A stretch of DNA of 64,000 bases, taken from the NCBI GenBank assembly GCA_013265495.1, contig MU058463.1, positions 186,001-250,000 on the forward strand, in the 5' to 3' direction. Source of the DNA: Vicugna vicugna. Taxonomy: Eukaryota. The notes under the pieces were generated by a model. It did no database searches and was not told the origin of the DNA. It saw only the letters and a list, made by a program, of their open reading frames with translations. Position numbers and translations under genes: made by a program. This document shows positions 35,724 to 50,149 of the stretch, in pieces (position 1 is the first letter of the stretch; the number at the start of each line of letters is the position of its first letter).

Positions 35724-38700
35724 TTATAGGAAACCTCTAGAAAATACTTTGAGTAGATCTAGTTTGCATTCAGATAAAATGGGAGCAAGAAATATTCAAT
35801 GGCATTTTAACTGCCTATCTTTAAGAGTTTATATCATGCATATTTATAGATATAAAGTACCTCACAGAAAAGGAAAACTGAAAACTTGTAACAGTGAAAT
35901 TTACCTCAGTGAAATTTCAACTCTTCCATAAGTACTTCACTTGTTTTATGTATTTCCTGCATTGCTGCAATTTTATTAATTCAAACCATAAGTTAGGTTT
36001 TAATTATGAACCCAAACTAGGCAAAGTTATTGAATATTTACAAACCACTTTATATTAATATTCTAGAATATCCCTTTGCAGAGAAATGAGTCAAAGTTCC
36101 TACACATTGGTATTTTTTATTATCTGAATTATTATATTTTATAATTACTCAGCATAAATCTAGCTGAGTCACTAAAATAGTAACAAATTGTTTGATCCTA
36201 AGGTTCTGGAATGTGCCACATCCATGTGATTTTGTTAGGGGTGCCAAGCTGGCCAAGGTTATACAAATTCTATATCTTCTAGGGATAATAGAAGAATCAG
36301 GCAAAACCTGAAGAACATAGGTATTATAATGTAAAAAAGAATAAATATTAAAAAAATAAAGTCATAGGATTTTTGATGTGATGTCTTTTATCCTGCCCCC
36401 CAGATTTCCTCATGTCTTAAATGAAGTGTACATGTGACTGATTGGAAAGGGTTCCTGTTTTGACTGCTGGCCTTATGCATTAATCCAGCTGATTTAGCTA
36501 TTTCAGTGGGTGTTATCTGGATGCCCTAGTTGTGCCCTGATCCTGCTTTCCCATATTGTGAAATTTCAAATTGTTCAAACTGCTAAAGCAAACTTAGGAA
36601 GAACTTAGTCCAACCAAATCTACTTTATTTTATTGTCAGTGAAAAGTTTGGCTCACAGAGTCTATTTTATGAGAACTAATTTACAAATAACTCCAAATTA
36701 GTCTTTCTGGATTAAATAGAGAACACATAGACAATAGTAATTATAAGGAGAGAAGGTACATCACTTAATTATTCCCTTACCATTTGACAGAATGTGTCAA
36801 ATACTGCCTTGAACCTTGTATGAAACATGTTAATCTTGCATTTTTAATATTTTTAACCATTCAAGCATCATTGTATTCAAATTTAGCAAAGTTAGAAATT
36901 CATTTTATTACAAAAGACCTTTTTTGATAATGTACATTATTTGTGTGTGTATAGGTGACAAATTATCAGGGCACATCTACAAAGTGCCTATAAGAAGAAA
37001 TTATTTTGACTATTTAGTTCTTTGTATTTTACTTCAGTTGAGAGCTATTGAAATTAAATTATGTTAGAGATTTTACATAAATACACATCAATATGCAATT
37101 AATTTAAACATGATTATCAAACCAAAGTATAGCTATTATACAGGAATCTGATTTCATTTTCTCTTTTTTTAAAGAAATGATCTGCTAGAAATTTTTACCC
37201 AGGAGAAAAATTATATTTTTGAACTTATTTCAACTAAGCAATATGTATTTATGCTATTTCTTAGAATAAAAGGTCTATTGAAATATAATAGCATGTACAC
37301 AAAACTGTGAGTAAAGGAAACATTTCACGAGACAAACATATCATGTAAACTGCTCACGTAAAGTGACTCCAATGACAAAATACAGTTTGAATAGTTAATA
37401 AAACACAAGGTTGAAAAATAAAACCCATGAAAACATATATAGAGAGGAGAATTGCTCCCACAGCTGTCTATTTACACCACTTTTCTGGAAAGGTAACCAC
37501 ATTTCTTTATGCTTTTCTTAAGTGTTTTTATGGAAATATATGAACACATATACAGTTTCTCCTTTCATATATTGAATGCAATTATTTTGTTACACATCTT
37601 AATTTTTTAACAATGTATCTTAGAAAGTTAGAGAAGGAGGAAAATTATTTTGTGAGTTTTTATTGCTCTAAGTAGTGTGATACTGTGATATTGGTCACTT
37701 TCTTGTCTTGGGGCTTTTCTAATTTTCTTTAGTTATAGAGATTGTCTTATCTTTGCAGATAAACAAAGTACACTGCATACTGTATCTGCATAAACATATA
37801 TACGTATGTGTGCTTGCTGTATGTTTAGTAATGAAGAGTGTTTATGTTTCCAATAAGTTCTATAAACTGATAGCCGCTCAATATGTTACTTAATAAAGTA
37901 AAAAGTGCTTTTTACATTCTATTTAAAATTTGAACAGGATCAGTAGAATAACCATATAAATTCTAAATCATTTAAAAACAGACTGCTAAATGTTCATGAT
38001 TATTAGGTAAATATCTAGCATATATTTATGCACCTATAAACTGATATGTGTGTTTATCAAAAATCATTTGTCTTTCATTCCAAGTTTGTTTATGCCAGTT
38101 GCACTTGATATTTTAATTATAAAATATTAATATGAATTTCACAGTATATTGTCAGAAAAATATGTATTTTGGAAATATATGATAAAGTCCTATCATAAAA
38201 TACACTGAAAAAACAAAGATAATTTGTATATGTATGTGTATTAAGTAAAACATTTTAGATTAATATTTTAAATGAAAATATTTAGATTTTTTAAAATTAA
38301 ATTTCACCATTCTGCACTTTAAACTATATTTTCAATCAGCAAATGAAAGTAGTCCCAAATGCTTTGAACAAAACAGTGTCCAGTATAGAAAGAAAAATTA
38401 CTTAATGGCTTATTTTCTTTCTGATCTGAGTTTTTTTTTTTTTCTTCCCTATTGAAACTAATCCTTTTCAGCCCCCAGATTTAGACCACCAATAGATTAA
38501 TATGGCATTAAAAAATGAAATGTGAGTTAATAGAGGCCCATGACCTACTTACCATATTACAGCATTGGATACCCATTAAGAAATATAAATTCCAAAGCAC
38601 TCCACAAAGATTTCCTAGAAAATAAATATAAAAATCTTTGACAATTCTTTTCATAGTAAAATTATTTTACAAAATTACTTGTCTTTAATTTTATACAAAA

Positions 38701-39563
38701 GCAGTGCATCATTGCTTAATACAAAATTATTTATGGGAATGATGGGTGCATAATATTTGTGACTTGTTTCTTTCTTTTCTTCCTTCTTTATAACAAAATT
38801 ACTTCTCAGATTGCCTATTCCACAGGGTGAGCGAGTGATTAGCATAAAGCATGCCCTTTAAAAGAAAAGTGATGTTTTTCTTTTATATTTTTGAATGTAT
38901 CTAATGCTAAGGAAACAAAAATATCAGAGTATAGAAACTTATCATTTCCATCCTTCTGCTGGATCTATATAATGTCAGATGTTATGAGATAATTCCCAGT
39001 CCAATTATAGATCTCACTCCTAAATGTGCCTATTCTTTTTGAATTGACAGAAAAGTAGCAAAAATAAAGGTACAAATAGATATATTGGTGGACAATCTAA
39101 ATAAATGAAGAAATAGTATTAATTTTAAATTGCTCATATATAACATTCTATGTGAAACAGTCGCTACACACATATAACATTCTATCTAAAATGCCTCTGG
39201 ACACTTAATGTTTAAGTTTTTGTTCAGATGACTTATCACAAGTAAAACTTCTAGATTTATACTAATTCATCACAACACAAGAAAATGTCATAGGCATTTC
39301 CTTACTTACTCTAAAGAAATTTCATTAGCACAGCAGAAATAAGGCAAAGCAAAGGAAGCAAACAATAACAACATTTTTATACATTTTACCATTAGTTTTT
39401 ATAATCTTTGTTATCATTATGCTTCTGCATTTAAATATTTAAGTGTAGTATTTAGAATGCTGTTGTTTCAATTAATTAATAAAATGAATTGTGACAAATT
39501 ATGCTTGTCTTTTCTTCCATAATGATAATACTAGAGCAGGACAAACAAGAGATTTCCAAGATA

Positions 39564-39659
39564 GGGGCAGGTATAGCTCAAGTGGTAGAGTGCATGCTTA
39601 ACATGCACAAGGTCCTGGGTTCAATCCCCAGTTACTCCTCAATAAGTAAACAAATAAAT
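39564..39659 (+). mobile_element. tRNA-Ala-derived SINE (camelid Vic-1-like)
   Basis: A box (tagctcaagtggt), B box (ggttcaatccc), A-rich tail; 17-bp TSD aagagatttccaagata (39547-39563) / aagaaatttccatgata (39660-39676) with 2 mismatches. Confidence 0.9.
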
Positions 39660-39879
39660 AAGAAATTTCCATGATAAGGTTTTTTCTTCAACTTTTACTA
39701 AGGAAATCACTAAATAAGTTTCATGAAACGCATTCACTAATTGACACTTCTTTTCTTTAATCTTTTTAAAACTAAGTTCCTTTGTTGATAGAATAGTTCT
39801 TTCACTGAACTGTAGTTTGTTTATATGAATCTATGTGACAAAATGTCATAGAATTATATAAGATTCTTAGGAAAAATTG

Positions 39880-40350
39880 AGGGGAACTCCTGATTTCAGC
39901 TCTTTTAAAGATCTTAGAAGTCATTATTGTTACAACAACAATAAAACAGAAAATAACTAAAAATCAAACAATTATCTTATGTCCATCAAAAACTGACATT
40001 GCAGGGCAAACTGTCATCCCCAAACCTGGACAGGTAAATATAGAAAATCATTGGTGAGAACAATTTACCTGGGATGGAAGCAGATGGAATCATAAACTAG
40101 TAGGAAAAATAGGCAGTAACTTTGTTGTATTGCTGGAAGCAGGGTGTTGACCAGCATTAGATTTAGTGACTGCTAAGGGCTATAGTCATGTGAGATCCCC
40201 ACAAATTTATTGGTTTTACATCCAGGTACCCCACTGTGGTCTCACAGTGAAAAGTCAAGCAAAAACCCTGAGGAAGAATGAATATGAAACCATGTTGACA
40301 GGACGAGGGGATATGTGACCATGTTGAAATGCACCCAGAGGGCTTTCCAA
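39880..40350 (+). mobile_element. Old L1 (L1M4/L1MD-like) 5' region fragment
   Basis: aaaatcaaacaattatcttatgtccatcaaaaactgacattgcagggcaaactgtcatccc resembles recalled L1M4 5' UTRs. Confidence 0.55.
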
Positions 40351-42324
40351 TAGTTATAGCTTAATATAATTACATTATAAGCAATAATCATTAAGGATGG
40401 GTGTTTCTGATAATATGGCTCTGCCTGGACAGAAAATCCTTTGTTTTATTTCTTTTTCTTAGGTGTCATTAAAACTTGAGGACCATTGAATGCATCTAAT
40501 TTTTTGTTTAAAGTTCCTTTTTATAAAAAATAAATATTTTCCTGAAATATTTATAAATCAAATACTTTGAATGAACATTCATTCTCTCTCTATCCTATAA
40601 TAAGCAAGGCCCAATTTTGTCTGGTTTTGGAAAGCAGTATAACTAATTATAAATATACTTCTCCTTGTCTTTCTTACAAATCAGCTTGTCCAACAGTTTC
40701 AACAACAAGAACAACAGCATGCATAACAATAAACACAAATGAAACTCTTCTAGTGATTTGTATGAAAGTTTACTTTTCTAAAATATATTTCAAGACTTTT
40801 AGTTTCCATCCACATTCTTCCTTTCTGGAACATAACAACAATGTCTGGAGCAGCAGTGATCACTGTAATTCAATGAGAGAAAGACTAGGAAAACTACACA
40901 ACCCATTGCCTTAATAAGTGAACTGTTGAAATGACATTAACAACTGCCTATGCTCATTTATTTAGTTTTGTAGAAAAAGTACACGCACACGCACACATAA
41001 TTCATTAAAAAAAAGAAAAGTATATACAACTAGCAGATATTTAAAATGTAATAATTAAAATGTCTCATATTTTTGCTTTATATTAATAAAACAGCTTATT
41101 CACAAGTATTTTACATGAAATTTGCATACCTATAACAAGGTTAGATGATGTTGAATAATATGATCATATTATTATGTACAATGTACTTCCTTCATCAGAG
41201 TAGATTTTAAAACTTTAATTTGAAAATTAGAAATATTTTTGTCACCTGGAGAAGACTGAACACAAAAGTAGACTTTATGTGAAACATATTTAAGATGATA
41301 CATGTCATAGCTAAGTATCTTGGAAGAAGATAAATATTTCAATGTTAGAAAAATATAGCAAAATTCTAGAAAGGAAGTGGATTTATTTTGTTTTTGAGGA
41401 AAGTTAAAATGCTTTTTATTGCTGTATGCTGTATTTATTTGTTAAATGCTTAATGTCAGTGCCATAATTAGGTACCACAGTACCCCATCATGCCACATGT
41501 ATATATAGGTGCAAAGAGATACCAAATCTCCTGCAAAATGATATTCTACTGCTTACTTTACTTGAATTTCCTTTAAAATAATGTTTTGATTTAATTAAAT
41601 AAATTTGTTTTGAGCCTACGCTCAGTTTTTGCCACTGACTTTGGTTTTTTAGATAAAGAAAAATGACTGTAACAAATCTTGACATTAAAGAGAGTGTAAT
41701 CTGAGGAAATTTCAGTCTCTTGAACTACAATGGATTTTTTTCCAAAAAATGAATTATGTAGAAACTGAAGATTAGATGTACAATTATCTATATTTCAATG
41801 ACTCTAGATTTCTGGTTGACACATTTATCTTTCCTAAGTTGAATAGACTGATTTGACACTCTTGATCTTTCATTTGCATATTAGAGAGCAGGAAGGAATT
41901 TAGTTACCAAAGCAAACATACAGTTAAATAATAAAAGTAGACATCTCTACAAATCCATATATTAAGATTCTGAAGAAATGGAAAACACTTAGACATACTG
42001 ATGTAATGAAATCTATCTTTTGGGCCTTTTTGAATTTTTTAAATTCAAAACTGAACTATCATTAAATATAAATGAGAAAAATGACATAAAAGTAAATATG
42101 AGGAGTCCAAAAAGATAATAACTATTGATGTCAGCTGATTAAACTAAAATATTATTCAAAAACACAATACTTTTTATAATTAATTGTATCAACAAAGCAA
42201 AAAAGAAAACCTTAGGTAAATATACGTCTTCATATTAAGAAATTAAACTTAGCAATTAATCAAATTGCATATATAAATTTTACATTTTAAAAAATATACC
42301 AGGAGCAACTAACTTACAAAGACT

Positions 42325-42668
42325 AAAATTCCTCCATAAAAAAGAGATTCTAGTAAAAACTGCAACATAGAAACCGTGTCCGATTTTCCAGTCTGCTGTC
42401 CTATAGAATTTTGACTCAACACTGCAACATTTACTCTTACCCAAATATGTGCCTGCCTGCCTGAACTACAATTTTGGACTTGTCAGCCTTGTAATATCAT
42501 GTGAGCCAAATGCTTAAAATCAGACTAGACAGACATGATAGACAGGTAGATAGATAGACAGGTAGGTAGATAGATAGATAGATAGATAGAAGACAGTAGA
42601 TAGATAATACTGGCATAGGTTTGGATATATATGTTCTATTATTTCTCCAGAGATCCTTGGCTAATACA
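42325..42668 (+). mobile_element. MLT2 (ERVL, MLT2D-like) LTR 3' part
   Basis: actgcaacat...tttggacttgtcagccttgtaatatcatgtgagccaaatgcttaaaat...tttctccagagatccttggctaataca. Confidence 0.85.
42521..42606. repeat. Compound (GATA/GACA/GGTA)n tetranucleotide repeat inside MLT2
   Basis: Seen directly. Confidence 0.92.
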
Positions 42669-43844
42669 ATTGCACACACTGATTCATAAACATCTCAACA
42701 GAGATGATTTTTCTGTACTCATAGACTATAAAATTTTATGAGTCTTTTCATAAAATCATAGGAAATCATAACTTCACCTCCCTTTTTTTATTTTAACTTA
42801 CAGCCATTCTCCATTGGATATTTTGTAATTTAGTCTACAGCTGAGAACATTTTATCTTTTCCTTTATTTTCTTACAGAGTTTTATCTGCTTTTTATCCCC
42901 TACAACTTCTATTTTTCTCTAGTTCATTTCTTTGAGTTTTTAAATAAATGTCTACTAATTTTTCATAAAGATAAGCACTTGTTTAATAATATTTAATTCA
43001 AGTTCTTTGTGAGTGAGCTGATCTGTTTTGATTTTGATTTCCTATTTTTTGTATTTGGTTCCTGTCAAATTTGCCTCAAGTTATGTGTACTCTCATTAAT
43101 TGAGGGCCATGCTCTGCATCATTCAGGGTCACAGCCTATTCTCCTTCAAGTCTCCAAATTGTCCTAAAAACATCAGGAATATACCTACTGTTTATTGGCT
43201 CTTAAAATATCAGAGTATCCCCCCAAAGAAGGGAAAAATAGAGATCATATAGGATTTGGAGGGAGGGCAGAATTCAGTTCTCATTGAAATGGAACAGTGT
43301 TTTGATAGGCTCAAACAAAGCAGCACTGTGAGAAAAGAGGTTAGCACTAGATCTGGACTGTAAATTGGCCCAGGGTCTGTTTCCTTCAAGACTTTAAAGT
43401 TGAGATTGATGTGTAGCATTGTGGCCAGAAGTTGAGGTTTACCTAGGTTGTAAATCAAAACCGCTTGACTGTGCCAAAGGGACTTAGACCTTCCAGGCAT
43501 GGAGGTAATTCATTCTTACTAATTCAATTTAAAAGAATTTGACTAAAGTGAAACAAATGAATTGAAGAGTGTATTAAAGATAATGGACCTTCTCAAAAGA
43601 AATTCCAAGAATATAGATAATTTACAGAAAACTTGTAAATTCTTTAGATAGCAAAATGATGATTTGCCTTCTTCAAAGTAATAAGTAATATTGTTTGGAC
43701 AATCACTGCATAATTTAAGTATAATGAAGAATTTTAAAATTATATTTATAGTATATGCAATAAAAAGGTTGTTTTCATTAAGTGTAAAACTTGTAGTGTG
43801 CCAATTATAAAAAAAAAAGTATAAGTAAATGGCAAGTACACACT

Positions 43845-44055
43845 AGAATGCACAGAAAGGAAAATATAAATGTCTTATCAGCATATGAAAAGACAAACAA
43901 TGTCGAGTACAATTTCATGCAGTGCAACATTTAAAAAATATTTTTTCTCAGTTTGAATGGCAAAAATCTAAATATTTTCTAGAATACTATGTTTTTGAAT
44001 GTCTAAACTTAGAGGTTCTAAGACACATTTGGAGAGAGGCTAAATTGCTAGGTAA
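43845..44055 (+). mobile_element. Ancient L1ME-like ORF2 C-terminal fragment
   Basis: cacagaaaggaaaatataaatgtcttatcagcatatgaaaaga...atggcaaaaatct. Confidence 0.55.
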
Positions 44056-46624
44056 TCAGAAAATTTAAGGAGTAGCACATTAAATATTACTAGAAAAAAT
44101 GTTTATAAGGACAGACTATGCAGACAATAAAAAATAGAAAATATAACAAAACATCATATTACTTTCAAACAAACATTTCAAAACAATTCTAGGAAATCAT
44201 AACTTTTAATATATATTGAAAAACAAAGAAATATTATAAATAATCAAATCATTATCCAAAAAAGTCACAAAAGCTCTACAAAGTATATACCATGTTCAAG
44301 TCAGTTTTATAAGCTAATTTCAGCAAATATTTAAGAGAAAATTATTTTACCAAAATCACTATACAAAAATTACCTCTTTAAATATTAGATTTAATAAGAT
44401 TAAATATTGAGATATATATTTAAAATTTCTAAACATTATAAGCATATGTAGTTTTTTCATTCTTAAGTGGACATTGTAATTGATCAAATCTCCCTACTTT
44501 CACCTTTTAAACTATAATGTGTTTATAGATTGGCACAATAGCAAGGAAGTGATTATTGTAAATGACAATTGTTTTCCATTAAAAGGATAAAATTGAAAAC
44601 AATATAAAATAAAGTTATAAGTTATTTTATCTTATATAATAATTATTCTGTGTCTTTGGAATATACTTGACTTGTTTTATCAGCTATTTTTTATGACAAA
44701 GAGATTTTAAGTAGGCTAAGGAATCCACATTTGTCATTGCTGATCAATATTTCACTTACAGAACAAAATTTTCCTGAACTTATTTTAAAGCACTAAATGA
44801 CACATTATCCTAGTATGATGTCAAATACTTCCTTGGTAAAGATTACCAAAGAAATACACTTCACACATTCCCATATGCATAGCTTGTTTCATAACAATAC
44901 GCATCAGTTGAGGTATCAAATATCTCAATTTTACTTTTGTTCTACTTGAAAAAAAAAAACTGACCTATCTCATATAACACTACCAATTCAAATGGTAAAT
45001 ATAGTTTTTCTATTAAAATTCCTGGATCCACATTCTGCCCTGACCTTTGCTCTTTCTCCCTGAAGTGAATTGTAACTGCAACAGAAGGACTATTGGCATG
45101 CTTTCCATGTTTGACCCTTGACTCATCCATTGCTGTACAGGAATTAGGTTTCCAAACTACATCAACAAGGGTCATACCTGGGCAAGAAAGAACAAATTGG
45201 GAACAACTCCTTTCTAATGAAACTATAACCCCAAACAAGTCTGAAAACAGAGGTTGCCCTGTGAAAGAGTAATGATTCAAACAGCAAGGAAAATAAAACT
45301 ATAAATCAAACACCTGCAATCTTACCAGGAGCTTCAGTATTCAGAGACATGATCATGTCTTACCTTCACTTATTAAGTAAGACCATTAAAACTTTATGAG
45401 TCAGTTTCTTTATTAAATAAACTTTTCTTTAATACATGATCTAAAATATATATTCCAGGATAACCTAACTTTCCCATATGTTCAATTATTGAATATTTAG
45501 TATTTCTTAAAAGATATTTTATAAAACATTGTATTTATATTATTGCCCAACTCTAACTGCAAGCAAACTCATGCTAATATAAAACATGTATACCAACACA
45601 TACATGTACACAAATACACACATATAATCACACCATTTTTCAACACTACCAAATTATATCCATTCTTAAAATTCCAAGGAAAATTTGTTTTTATTTGGCT
45701 CTTATTTTAAAATTTCTGTTTCTAGCTCTTAGTTTGGACTTAGTTTGGATTTTGGGAGGTCATGTCAGGCAAGGGATATGCTTTTTCACTTTACAGAGCC
45801 TGAAGCTGCCAGCTTTTACAGAACTCCACAGCCCGCATATTTTCATACCTTCCAATATATTTCCTAGCTACAGATTAACCAGGCTATTTATCTTAAATCA
45901 TCATCAGATTAGGTTATTGTTCTAAATATATACTTGACTTTAGAGGAAGGCATCAAAATCCCCTGGGAGCCTCCTAATTTTTGAAAAGACTTCTCCCTTC
46001 TCTCCTATTTTTAACATTTCATCTCCAGTGCTTAAGTTTATATCTTATTTGTCTTCCAATGCTCTTAGTTTATACTACCGAGTGTCTGCCTTGTTCTGTT
46101 TGAGCTCCAAACATTGCTGATACAGACTGGAAGGCAGTTAGGTATGGCAGACTACTCCTCCACTTTATGATAACAATATTGTTCTCCAGACGAACAAAGC
46201 ATGTCTTTAATAGAAATATTTCCTGTCTTTCATTTATCTAAGAGGCTCTTATTTCTCTCTTTCTTTGTCATTTTCTTGAATTTCAGGCTTAGTACACTAA
46301 AACTAAATTTTACTAATGAAACATTATGTGCAAAATTCACAAATGTTCAGCGACTTTGAATAAGAAAATATACACAGAAAACAGTCTTTTTAATATTGAG
46401 TCTCCCACAAATGCTACTTAAAAATGTATTTTTCTCTTCATCACTGGAAAAAAAATTATGCCTGGATATTTATTATATTCCTTTGAAAATTAGAGATGGC
46501 GGGTTTGTTGAAAAATATTCCACATTATATTGCTATAAGAGATAACATTTGTAAATGAATCCATTTTCTCTCAAAATCTAATGATTTCTAAGAACATAAT
46601 AAAAATAACCAAAAACACATATAA

Positions 46625-46840
46625 TATTTACTAATGATAGACACTGTTTTTGTCTACATTTATGGCTTTTAAAAATCGTCACAACATAACTGAGAGGCAG
46701 GGATTGTTACCATTCCATTTCACTGAGGAGGAAACTCCCTGATGAGGGGTTGATTAACTCTCCATAGACGCTTCATAAACACATGCTAGAAAAAGTGTTT
46801 GAACCTGTCTAGTTTGACTCCAGGCTGTGTACTACTTCTC
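46625..46840 (-). mobile_element. MIR
   Basis: aatcgtcacaac...ccatttcactgaggaggaaact...tttgaacctgtctagtttgactccagg. Confidence 0.78.
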
Positions 46841-47363
46841 ATTATTCACCAACTTACATTACCTGGACTTCTCTGAACAAAACTGAGATAATTTCCAAGA
46901 CATAATATAACAATTAAAAGCCAGACAGAATAAAAAAACTTGCCATTTAAATATTTGAAAAATGTGAAAGGCTTTATTTTATTAAATGTTAATATGTATA
47001 CAAATCAGTAAAATATATGTTTAGTTCCCTTTTTAAATTTTAAATAGAATCCTTATGCATTTGCTAGTATTTTGAAATCCATAAGATGACTGTTAGATTT
47101 GTATGTGTGAACTTGAAGATAATTCTCTTTTTCACATAACCAACTTCAAATTAATTTTTATAATCATGAAAGTGAAAATGATTTTTAGTTACCATTTATT
47201 TATATAAAAAGGTAAAAATAAAAAGCAGGGAGAGCTTATTGTGAAATAAGAATATATTCAGTACTTCCTAGATCAAGATGGAATTCTAATGAACTATTAT
47301 ACGTTACTTGGTTGTAGGATGAAAACTATAACAAGGGCTGAACAACAGTGTAGTAATCCCAAC

Positions 47364-47402
47364 ATATATATATATATATGTGTATATATATATATATATA
47401 TA
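47364..47402. repeat. (TA)n microsatellite
   Basis: Seen directly. Confidence 0.95.
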
Positions 47403-48159
47403 CTCAAATCATAAAAGACAGTTACTCTTTTTGTCCTCAAGGAGAGTTTCATAAATTATGCAGTCCAATTACTGGTTTTAACAATTCCCATTTATGTGAA
47501 GGAGACAAATCATTTGTACTACAAAGGAATGTATTAAAAATGTTACCTTTTTCAAATATATACAGTTTTTATTATATTATTAACTTGTGTAATTAATGAG
47601 ACATATGCAGCATTTCTAAAGATAAACTATTCAACTATATGGCTGTGCTACCAATTGCACTTTTTTGTATATGTTTCAATCTATTCCAATTATCTTTCTT
47701 TGGCAGTTTGATAATTTTGATACAAAAGCCCATTATGAGAAAAAGAGAATGCAGCTCATAGCTAATTTTGTCTAAAAAGAGGAACCCAAAGACTGTGCAA
47801 TTTCTTAGGAAACTGTGCCAAAATGAACCTTTCTGAAGATCTCTTTGTGAGACATGACTCTGGGAAGAGTAAACTTCCATTTGTGTGCCAGTAGCTGATG
47901 ATATGAGAAGCTGACATTACTCTCTTTCTGGTCGATGCACTGTGATTTGCTGGGAACTAATGACTGCTCTTTGCCTGGCAACTCTGCTGCTTCTTTTAAA
48001 ATCAATTCTATCAAATTAAACTCAGTCTGTCACCTTAGGATATCTCCTTCACTTATAATCAGGAAAAACAAGTGAAGTCTTTGTATTTGTGTGTTGTTTT
48101 TCTAACCAGGTCTTGTGAAATATTGACATTGGGCTTTTATCAAGCAGAAATATGTTCTA

Positions 48160-48230
48160 TCTTTTTCTTCTTCTTTTCCCCTTCCTTCCACTTTCCTTCC
48201 TTCCTTCCTTCCCTTCTCTCTCTTTTTTCC
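48160..48230. repeat. (CCTT)n / CT-rich tract
   Basis: Seen directly. Confidence 0.85.
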
Positions 48231-48530
48231 TAGTATGTTTTAGACTGGAGGGCCTGATTTTAAATAATAATCTTTGAAAAGATTAAGTCAGTGCATTCAG
48301 GTTTCCAAGAGATCTCTAAGAGCTAAGGATACCTTTTATCAGAAATAGATAAAGGAGAATTTGCCATGTTCTAGGCATTCCTGCCCTTTCTGTAAGCCTT
48401 TGATATTCCTGTATGTTCATCTAGAAGTATAGCCTAGAACCGACTTCAAGTCACAGTAAGGACTGTACATTCATGAATTCAGACTAATCATGACTCTATT
48501 CTCCACATAAAAAATAGAAACAGTAAAAAT

Positions 48531-48546
48531 TAACTAACTAAATACA

Positions 48547-48581
<35 letters not shown>
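48531..48581. repeat. (TAAA)n microsatellite
   Basis: Seen directly. Confidence 0.93.
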
Positions 48582-48774
48582 CAATTGTAAGCACTTCTAA
48601 AGCCAGGTCAGAGGTGCATAACTATTTCCTTTTGTACCTATAATTAAAAAGTGCCAGTTAAGTATTTTATATTTGAAGCCACTTTAAGAATAAAAAGATA
48701 TTATAACTTTCATGTATATAAAGGTAATAGGAAATATTAATGTTATATGAAAATATAGACATGAATATAGATAT

Positions 48775-48900
48775 TCACTTGTCTGAGCCCATTGGTTATA
48801 ATACACACTACCTTAGGAAGCTTAAACAAAATGAAATTATTAGGTGGATATAGGGTAGTTCATAGAATTGATGGAAAAATGGACAAGAGTATGAAATAGG
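48775..48900 (-). mobile_element. Old MLT1 (K/L-like) LTR fragment
   Basis: agcttaaacaaaatgaaattattaggtggatatagggtagttcatagaattgatggaa. Confidence 0.5.
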
Positions 48901-48962
48901 GTAACTCCTGTAATGTCAGGTAGGGCCCCATGGTTTGTTATTTTTAAACTGATAGCAGAAAT

Positions 48963-48997
48963 CACACACACACACACACACAAACATACACATACAC
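48963..48997. repeat. (CA)n microsatellite
   Basis: Seen directly. Confidence 0.92.
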
Positions 48998-50149
48998 TCC
49001 AACAAAAAACTTCAGTACAACTTCTTTCTGTCCATAATATATTTTACAGAGATGCAATTCCCAGGAGAAATATTAGTCTGGCTGAAATTAAAATTTCTTC
49101 CCTATCACTGATTAAGTCCCATCAGAAACAGATTAAATGGGAAGTGAGATATTTTTTCCTAATGGCAATGTGAGAAGCTGTTACCCAACAAAGAGTAGCA
49201 TTTCCCCACAAGCAAGATCAACTGGTATCTACTATGTCCCACTCATTAGCTGCCTGCTAACTATCACACAGGCATATTTTTACCTCTATACATAGAATTT
49301 TACAATATATCCACTAAACATCATGTATTGTTATTGTTACATGCAGTCTAAGCTAAGTACAACAAAACTGAAGAATTACATTATAGATAAGTAAGATTTT
49401 AAAAATATACATAAATATAAACTAAATTTAGTTATGCAGAAAATGCTTGGGTAAAATTAAATACAATACATAAGATTAGACATGAGTATTTTTGAGTATA
49501 TGGGAAAATGAATTGTTTTAAAATTACGTCTGCATCCTTAAATGCTTTATATTCTAATATTTAATGCTTGAAAATGTCAAAAGAAATCATTAAGCTGTAA
49601 TGTACAATATTATACTTGTATTTAGAAAAACTACATTCTTTTCATGCCTTTGCCAAATGTTTAATAGTTATACTCCTAATAGAATATTATTTAAACTTCC
49701 TGAATCTCTGTCTTCAAAGCAGTAAAAGATAATAAAGCCTATCTTACAATCTTTTCTTAAGGTAGAAATAAAAAGGATCACTATGAAAGTGATTTCAATG
49801 CTGAAGGAATTATTAAATGGCATGTTTTGATAAAAATTTGAAGTCATAACCAAGACTTGAAGATGAAAATTTCATTCATTGTAAGTTGACATTAAGATAA
49901 TGATAAGAGTAAGAGTTGAGGGTGAGAGTTTTGATTATGAACCTTTTTAATAATCAGATGAAATCAGCATATACCTCCCTTGAAAAGTGCTCAAAAATAT
50001 ACATCTCCCTATCATTATATAAATAAAATATATTATTTTATGGCTTGATTTAATTTTCTTTGACAATATGAGCATGCTATTTTAATATTACCTAATTAAT
50101 TTAATTTGTTTAATATGTGGTGAGTTAGAAATAGCTTAAAGTGTGCACT

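Noticed and set aside
39138..39185. 14-bp direct repeat atataacattctat flanking 20 bp
   Set aside because: AT-rich; most simply a small local duplication with no element between the copies.
39564..39640. Functional tRNA gene (Ala or Val-AAC)
   Set aside because: Indels relative to tRNA-Ala, an A-rich tail and a TSD indicate a retroposed SINE.
42733..42756. 9-bp inverted repeat attttatga/tcataaaat (similar 8-bp stem at 36782-36802)
   Set aside because: Short AT-rich stems are expected by chance in 64 kb.
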